DNA of 40,565 bases, from NCBI RefSeq assembly GCF_004010195.1, contig NC_057750.1, positions 2,993,167 through 3,033,731 on the forward strand, given 5' to 3'. Position 1 is the first letter of the stretch, and every line of letters starts with the position of its first letter. Of the stretch, positions 33,529-40,565 are shown piece after piece. The translations under genes were made by a program, and so were the position numbers. A model generated the notes under the pieces. The model was not told the origin of the DNA, searched no databases, and worked only from the letters and a program-made list of their open reading frames with translations. The stretch comes from Chiloscyllium plagiosum (Eukaryota).

Positions 33529-35620
33529 TAAAACCAAACTGGTAATTTGTCATATTGTTTCTTGGTGTTTGGTTAGACTTGTTGCTCAATTGTGAATAAA
33601 ATGGGGGAATGTTTGAGGAGCTGGTTGGTAGATTAGAATAACTACAACTAATATTTCTTCCCTGGCTTGAGACAAGACAATCAGGAAGGAATGGCAGAAC
33701 ACAGTCATCAAATGAGACAGCAGGACCTCATGAGTGACAGGGTTTTAAGTAAGTCAGTGCCATAATTAATAAGTAAAACATTAAATGTCCATTCACTTAG
33801 AGCTTTCTGTAACTGTGCAAAGCTGAGCACCTTTACAAGGCAGTCAATCACCCTTCTACAGACTTTCCAGGATCACCGATGTCCACAGTTAGAAAGAACG
33901 ATCGAGTTCAGTGACATGTGGGCATGAGTTGGTGGGGGTTAGGAAAGTGTGCAACATGTGTTTTTAAATAAAGCTTTGCATTGTTCTTTTCCACCCAAAC
34001 AAACAGTCAGCTGATTGATCTTTTCAACTGCAGGGGAATAAAGTTCATGACAGGGATGCAACAGTGAAAATAATGAAATATAGCCAATCTGATGAGGTCA
34101 GAGGGCAGGGCATCAGAGTAAGGCATACACCCACACCAACTCGCAGCAGCTACCAGTCAGTCAGAGTATTATAGCATGGAAAGAGGCCCTTCAGTCCATC
34201 ATGTCCACCTTAGTCATCGAACACCTAAATCTCTTAATCACTGCTATCATTTAAAGCTGGAACTCTCCAGGTTTCACTCCAGTTCTTGATGAATTAGCCC
34301 TCCCTTCCTTAATCAGGCAATAAAAGAACTGTTTCTTCTAAAATAAGATGGAGGTGAAAGAAAACAGCACTCCCTAGAAAAGGCAAAAATTGCTTTCGTG
34401 CTGGGATACTTGGAAAGACTGGAGCCCATGAGTAGCTTCCCTTGTTTACACTGCTCAATCGGACTCCCTTCCCACCCCTTTGGAAGAGCTGCACACCTTT
34501 TCCTTCTGTGGCCCTCAAATCTTGCATTAATGAGGGGGTTCGCACCATGCAAGAGAGAAGCTAAAGGCTGCCGCACTGACTGGATTCAGAGCTTCAAAAC
34601 ACAGGAATGCTCAATAGACAAGCCCTCAAAGACTTTCCTCTGCCTACTAAATGCTGGGACAATCCTCGATCACCAATGATTCATCCTGTAATCAAGAGCC
34701 AAACTCTGAACTAGTGACACCATTTGCGATCACTGGCAATCTGTTTAATACAAACTTCTTTGGATTAACTCAGAATGCTGACTTGCAACTACATTAGCTC
34801 TTCGGTTCCTTTTCAGGTGAAAGGTCTGCCTTTCATGCTGATTGGCCTGATTTTGGAAAAGAGACCCAGCCTTTACTGCAGAAGACCAGAAACACAGGCC
34901 CCAGCTCCTTAATGGGCCTTAAATAATTTCAGAAAATCAATTGAAAATTTACACATAAAAGTAGTCACCACGTGTGGTGTCGTCCAAAACTACAGGATCT
35001 AGAACTTAAAATTGTGACTAATTAAGTCCACAGAGAACTCAAGTGAAATCTCTTTCCCCAGAGAGTGATAGCATGTGAACTCCAAGGAGGAATATCTGAG
35101 CTAACTAACATAGGCACAATGTGTAAGTGAGGTAAGGACATGAAAGAAAGGAGTATAAGAAGGGGGAAAAGATGAAGAGAGTGGGACAAAGCTCTTGTGG
35201 AGCATAAACAACGCTTTAGATGAGTTAGGCGAGATAGTCTGGTTCTGGTCTGTAAAGTTCTTTTTTAACACTGAAAACAGAATCTGTAAGAGCAGATAAT
35301 CGCCTGAAGAAAAATTTTAAAAGGGTGCGGGGGGAATACTGCATGTGAATATGAGTGATGAGGGTTTAACATTTTGCCATAGCCTCCTCCTCTTGCTCTG
35401 TAGGTTACAGTTTGAGATGAGCTTACAGCACAGCAAAGCTGCCAAGCCTGAAACACAAGGAAAAGACAAAATGTGAGCCTCACTTAACAACTGAGCCACA
35501 GTCAACCTACAGAGGGGAAAGCCCAGCCAGCACCAGAGGTTAGACCACCACAGCTCGGGTGAGATGGATCTGCCACAGTTCAAACTGATCAAACTCCAGT
35601 AAGCCTCCTGTTAAAAAAGT

Positions 35621-35833
35621 AGGAGAAAGTGAGAACTACAGATGCTGGAGAGTCAAGAGTCAAAAAGTGTAGTACTGGAAAAGAACAACAGGTCAGGCAG
35701 CATCCGAGGTGCAGGAGAGTCAATGTTTCGGGCATAAGCCCTTTGTTAGGGCTTATACCCGAAACGTCTACTCTCCTGAACCACGGATGCTGCCTCACCT
35801 GTTGTTCTTTTCTAGCACCATGCTTTTTGACTC
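35621..35833. mobile_element. Fold-back PLE family A insertion with both CTGANGA cores lost at the inversion centre
   Basis: About 85-bp inverted arms centred on AGCCCT-TTGTT-AGGGCT. Confidence 0.85.
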
Positions 35834-35891
35834 CCATTAGAAAGTTCAGATGAAGGTTTTGGGTTTGGGCCCCTTGCTCCAAGATTTGAGT

Positions 35892-35976
35892 AGGGTTAAG
35901 CCCAAAACGTCGACCCTCTTGCTCCTCAGATGCTGCCTGACCTGCTGTGCTTTTTCCAGCATCACACTTTACCGAC
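35892..35976 (+). mobile_element. PLE family A fragment
   Basis: AGGGTTAAGCCCAAAACGTCGAC...GATGCTGCCTGACCTGCTGTGCTTTTTCCAGCA. Confidence 0.8.
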
Positions 35977-36841
35977 CATAAATTGAATCAGTCACTAATA
36001 CTTTCTAGAAAAAAAGGTCAGAGAGCTGCCAGAATCCTATATTATCAGAGGGAAGAGAGAGTAACAGGAAATGGCATTAGAAAATATTAGATTTTATATT
36101 AAATCTATTAACATAATCAGGTGCAGTGTTAAATTAAAAAGAGTGTTTTATTCTGGTGCAACTAAAATCCACCTCCATAGTAAATGGATTCTAAAGGAGA
36201 CTGATTATTCTAAGATCTAATCCAGCTCCCCCTCCACAGACCCCTGCTGCTGCTGCCTGTCACCACAGCACATGTGCTGGACAGGTTATCTAAGTCTGTT
36301 TGCCAATGGGGTGAATGTAAACAATAGAGAGATTAAATTCAGGCCTTTAACAGCCTACTCTCCCAAACCAACCAGCCTCCCCATATGTAATCAAACCACC
36401 ATTACCTCCCTTCAATGGCTGGCTCAGAGATCACTCCCAAAGGAAAATAAACCAAAGCCATTTATCAATTCAGGTGCTCACTCTGGGAAGAAAGCTGCAT
36501 CGAATGTCATGGTGATCTCAAATTACAAATTCCTGGCAGCACAGTCACTGTGGGAAGACAGTGGAACAATTACATTTCAGAGTTAGCTTACTCAGTTGTT
36601 GCACACTTGCAAGTCAATAAGTTCAGCATTCAACTGATCAGCAAGTGAATTCAATAGAGAAGTCTGAGACACTATTTTCATAGGAAGATCGCATAAAGAG
36701 CTGGATAACTAGAGAATAAGTCAGAGAAACAGATACACAAATCACTGAACCTGCATGTTATTATTGCCATTTTTTAAAAACACTTCTTCCTTCTTGAAGA
36801 ACAAAGCTGAGAAGCAGGGACGTTGTAATACACTTTGTTAG

Positions 36842-36960
36842 ATCACATGCACACCCACAGCAATGTAATTGACTGTTAAATGCTCTCTGGGCAATTAGGG
36901 AGATGAAATAAACACTGGCCTGGCCAATGACGCCCACACCCATGAATACATTTTTAAAAA
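36842..36960 (+). mobile_element. 3' tail of the 11023-type SINE
   Basis: ACCCACAGCAATGT..TTGACT..CTCTGGGCAATTAGGGA..AATAAA. Confidence 0.6.
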
Positions 36961-37427
36961 CTGTGCATAGTTCTGATCTGAACACTGTATTAAAAAGATA
37001 CACAGGCATCAGTGAATCTGCAAAACTGACTCATGGGGATGAATCCACAATTGAAGATTACAACATGCATAAAAGTGTGAAAAGTGTGAATGGGTCTCTT
37101 CTCTAAGGAGAGAGAAGACTGCAGACTGACCCAACCGAAGACTTTAAAATTATGGAAGAGGGATATATACGGAGATGTTCCCATTTGTGGAGGAGTTCAA
37201 AACTAAGGACTATAAATCAAACATATCACTAATAAATCCAAGCTGTACTAAATAAGACAATCTCAGGTAAACGGATAATTTTGTGACAGTGCTAGTGACC
37301 CTACCGCCGAGCCAGGAAGACCACGTTCAAGTTCCACCAGCTCCAAAAGTCACAGGGTCAAACAGCCCCCTCAATCCAATCAGCACATGCCAACTATAAT
37401 CCCAAACTAAACTCATCCTACACTTGG

Positions 37428-37675
37428 AGAAAGTGAGGACTGCAGATGCTGGAGATCAGAGCTGAAAATGTGTTGCTGGAAAAGCGCAGCAGGTCAGGCA
37501 GCATCCAAGGAGCAGAAGAATCAACATTTCGGGCATGAGCCCTTCTTCAGGAATGAGGAAAGTCCTCATTGACTTTCCTTATTCCTGAAGAAGGGCTTAT
37601 GCCCAAAACGTCGATTCTCCTGCTCCGTGGATGCTGCCTGACCTGCTGCGCTTTTCCAGCAACACATTTTCAGCA
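37428..37675. mobile_element. Young fold-back PLE family A insertion, HHR remnant on each strand
   Basis: About 103-bp inverted arms (37461-37564 / 37572-37674); perfect 14-bp TSD CATCCTACACTTGG (37414-37427, 37676-37689). Confidence 0.93.
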
Positions 37676-37713
37676 CATCCTACACTTGGCCATATCCCTC
37701 CAAACATTGAATT

Positions 37714-37803
37714 CAAACAATGCTGAAGATCACTGCAGGCCAGGCAGCATTCATGGAGAGAAAGCAAGTTAATGTTTCAGTCTAAATGACTTCATCAGAA
37801 CTG
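37714..37803 (-). mobile_element. PLE family D-related copy with HHR motif (37768-37801)
   Basis: rc GTT-CTGATGA-AGTC-ATTTA-GACT-GAAACATT-AAC; stem I GTT/AAC; flanked by AACATT at 37703-37708 and 37804-37809. Confidence 0.75.
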
Positions 37804-39272
37804 AACATTTCTTATTCATGTACTTATCCAAATGTATAATAAAGTCTCAGAACAGGTTGAGTAGAAGTATCTAAATGGATCATTTTGGCTGCAACTAACC
37901 TTATTGCTCCAAGAGCAGAGAGGCAGAACTCAGTCAGCCTGTGAAACCACCACAAGGTGAGAAACTATAAACCTTACGCATCAACAAAAGCAGAGAAAGA
38001 TAAGCGAAGGTCAAATATCACTGCAGTCAGCTTTCAGATGATGAAAATTAGAACCAAATGAAGAAAAGGCAGCTTCACCCTCATTAGGAATTTAGAATGT
38101 TTGGAATTAAATAAGAAAATGATCCAAGTTGAGGCAACACCCTGAAAAGTGGGAATTAAATACCTTTCCTCTCATGAGTACATAGTGTCTTGTAACAACA
38201 CTGTACTACGGCAGTGTACAAGCAAGGTACCTTCAAACACACTAATGTTGTTGTTGAGTCAAAGCTGTTTGTTACAAAGATTTTCCATCTTAAGACAACT
38301 TCAAAAATACAGATTCAAAAAAAAAACAAACCTTCGCTTGTTCCCTTTGCAGACAACATCAAGAGTCCTGACCTTGCCAGGAGAGGAATTGAATCACCCA
38401 GCCAACTGCAATTCACAGGAGGTTTTGATGCAGACAGAAACCATCACCCACCCAGGATTTAATCTCAGCCATTCACATTCAGAGATACTCCACCCTTGAG
38501 CACAGCTGCACCAACTCCAGTCCTTTCACTTCACACAGTAAAACAACGGCTGTTCCTTCTCCTCCCTGGTCATTAAAGGCAAATCCCAGTCATCCATAAA
38601 TCACCAATAGCTGCTGTGTTCAGACTGGGCCCCTTTTAAGACACTTCCAAAGTTCATTCTTTACTTTCTCTCTCTCTCTCCACTTCACCTGCTTTGCATT
38701 CTGTCCCACCTTCATTTTATTCTCTTCCCTAGCACCTTGACCCTCCCTCTTCACTTCACGGTCTCCCTCAAATCCTCTTCTGCCATATCTCTCACATTTC
38801 TTTTCTTCAGGAATTTGGGGCTGCCATTCAGCCCATCAAGACTGTACTGTCAATTTGATAATCATGATAAATCTATTATTTTAATCATAATTTAACATGC
38901 TTTACCCACTACTTCCCATCTGGCAATTCATTTTAACCTCAGTTTGACCAGCCCCCACTGGTCTCACAACATCTAGCCAATGACTATAGCTCAGACCAAT
39001 CTTTGACTAAACCCACTCATTTCACTTAGCTCAGTGGCTGACATTGCTATCATTGGAATCAAAGTGTCATGGGTGCAACACTCATTCGAGGGTGTAATTT
39101 AGGCTGACCACTCTCAATACAACACTGAGGGAGTGCTGAACTGTTCAGAGATATCATCTTTCAGATGAAACATTCAACTGAGGTCCTGATCATCCTCTCA
39201 GATGGATGCTGATCCAACAGGGTGTTCTCCTGGTGCCGTGGCCAATATCTTTCCAGCAATCACTAAAATAAA

Positions 39273-39717
39273 TGTGGAGGTGCTGGTGTTGGACAAAGTC
39301 AGAAGTCACATGACACCAGGTTATAGAATCCCTACAGTGTGGAAACAGGCCATATGGCCCAACAAGTCCACACTAACCTTCTGAACAGTATCCCACCCAG
39401 ACCCATTCCCTTATTATTGTACATTTCCCCTAATTAATGCTCCTAACCCACACAGCCCTGAACAGTATGGGCAATCCACCTAACCTGCACATCTTTGTAC
39501 AGTGGGAGGAAACTGGAGCACCCAGAGGAAACCCACGCAGACAACATGCAAATTCCACACAATCGCCCGAGGTGGGAAGCGAACCCGGGTCCATGGCACT
39601 GTGAAGCAGCAGTGCTTGCCACTGAGCCACCACGCCACCCAAAGTTATAGTCCAACAGGTTTATTTAAAATCACAAGCTTTCAGAGCGCTGCTCCTTCAT
39701 CAGATGAAGTCACCTGA
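39273..39717 (-). mobile_element. PLE family B copy (HHR at 39672-39706, minus) interrupted by an HE1 SINE
   Basis: TGGAGGTGCTGGTGTTGGAC..ACACCAGGTTATAG | GTTATAGTCCAACAGGTTTATTT; rc CAT-CTGATGA-A-GGAGCAGCGCTCT-GAA-AGCT-T^GTG. Confidence 0.85.
39327..39640 (-). mobile_element. HE1-type V-SINE
   Basis: Head, V-domain and tail as in the other copies; 7-bp TSD GTTATAG (39320-39326, 39644-39650). Confidence 0.9.
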
Positions 39718-40245
39718 CTTAAAAAAATGATTTACTTGTTGCCATATCACCATTAGTGGGAACTTGCCATGCAAACTTTTTTCTACAAAAGGAATTACCC
39801 TTCAAAATTAATTGGTTATTATGTTTTGTCAAATATGTGTGTGTCTGTACACAAACATATAAAAGTTCAACCTTTTGATCAAATTGATACCCTGCGTTTA
39901 TCTGCCTCCCGAAAACAGAAACTTCTTCAGATATCCCATTTTGGTTTGAAGGTATGCCACCACACACACTGTTACATTACACTGTTTTTCTTATTTACCC
40001 TCCATATGATAACCACAATTTTCACCCAAATGAGGACATCAAACTATTAAAGTCAAATCAAGAAATTCCTAGTGGCAGTGATAGTTTTTGACTGTCAAAC
40101 TCTGGACTCGCTTTGCAGTTCCCCACAGATGACTAGACACTAATTGCTCGAGTTCTGATTAACCAAATACTGTTAAAATGCAAACTACGCCTTTCCACAC
40201 AGACCGCCTGAGCAGAGGACCCTAAGAGTTTTGTTCCAGCTCAAG

Positions 40246-40476
40246 GGCTGTGGGCATCATGGTCAAGGTTGACATTTCTTTGGGAATCAGCTGATTCCCA
40301 GAGTACAATCAGGACTCAACCACATTCCTATGGATCTGCATTTACATGTAGGATAAGGATGGCAGATTCTCTTCATTAAGGACATGAGTAAACCAGAGGG
40401 TGTTTACGATAATCAACAATGGTTGGTTGCACGTTTCATTAGAATAGCCTCTTTAACTTCAGATTTTACTGTATTT
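40246..40476 (-). mobile_element. Degenerate copy of the 11023-type SINE
   Basis: TCAACCACATT..TGGATCTG..ACATGTAGG..AAGGATGGCAGATT..TAAGGACATGAGTAAACCAGA. Confidence 0.6.
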
Positions 40477-40565
40477 CCCTTCATCACCCCCCCCGAACAG
40501 CTAAAATCCCTGCCAACCCCTCCCTACACCCTCATTTCCCCCCCCCCTCCCATCATCATTCCACT

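Larger units (their letters stand above)
37281..37872 (+). mobile_element. Short tRNA-derived SINE split by a minus-strand CR1 tail (about 37350-37835) that itself carries two PLE insertions
   Basis: Head TTGTGACAGTGCTAGTGACCCTACC..GAGCCAGGAAGACCACGTTCAAG; tail TCTCAGAACAGGTTGAGTAGAAGTATC; CR1 pieces ATAATCCCAAACTAAACT, CCATATCCCTCCAAAC, TTCTTATTCATGTACTTA match 23700-23785. Confidence 0.65.
39025..39775 (+). mobile_element. SacSINE1-like SINE interrupted by a family B PLE
   Basis: TAGCTCAGTGG A-box, ACTGAGGGAGTGCTG, TCTTTCAGATGAAACATT, GTTCTCCTGGTGCCGTGGCCAATAT; resumes at about 39718 (GTGGGAACTTGC). Confidence 0.65.

Overview
Repeat-rich, non-coding vertebrate genomic DNA (intron or intergenic). 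It is very probably from a shark, inferred from HE1-type V-SINEs, SacSINE1-like Deu-domain SINEs and the CR1 families. I recognise no intact host protein-coding gene; every recognisable ORF is a retroelement remnant (CR1 RT, an older CR1/L2-group RT, a Rex1/Babar C-terminus, a Penelope RT thumb and a GIY-YIG endonuclease). The dominant signal is about 20 Penelope-like element (PLE) insertions in four sequence families, labelled A-D here. They carry more than 20 intact or decayed minimal type I hammerhead ribozyme (HHR) motifs: short stem I, CTGANGA, stem II, GAA, palindromic ACGT/AGCT, cleavage base. Stem I covaries between families. Many insertions are inverted (one HHR per strand) and have 8-17 bp target-site duplications (TSDs). 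One is a direct-repeat, retrozyme-like unit. Also present: two recent local tandem duplications (248 bp and 459/476 bp), a pogo/Tigger-type MITE, a tRNA-Thr-derived pseudogene inside a cluster of tRNA-derived SINEs, a long (GAGAGT)n microsatellite, several nested insertions, and a candidate 3-nt microexon on the minus strand. Family names come from recalled consensus sequences and need database confirmation; boundaries of old repeats are approximate.
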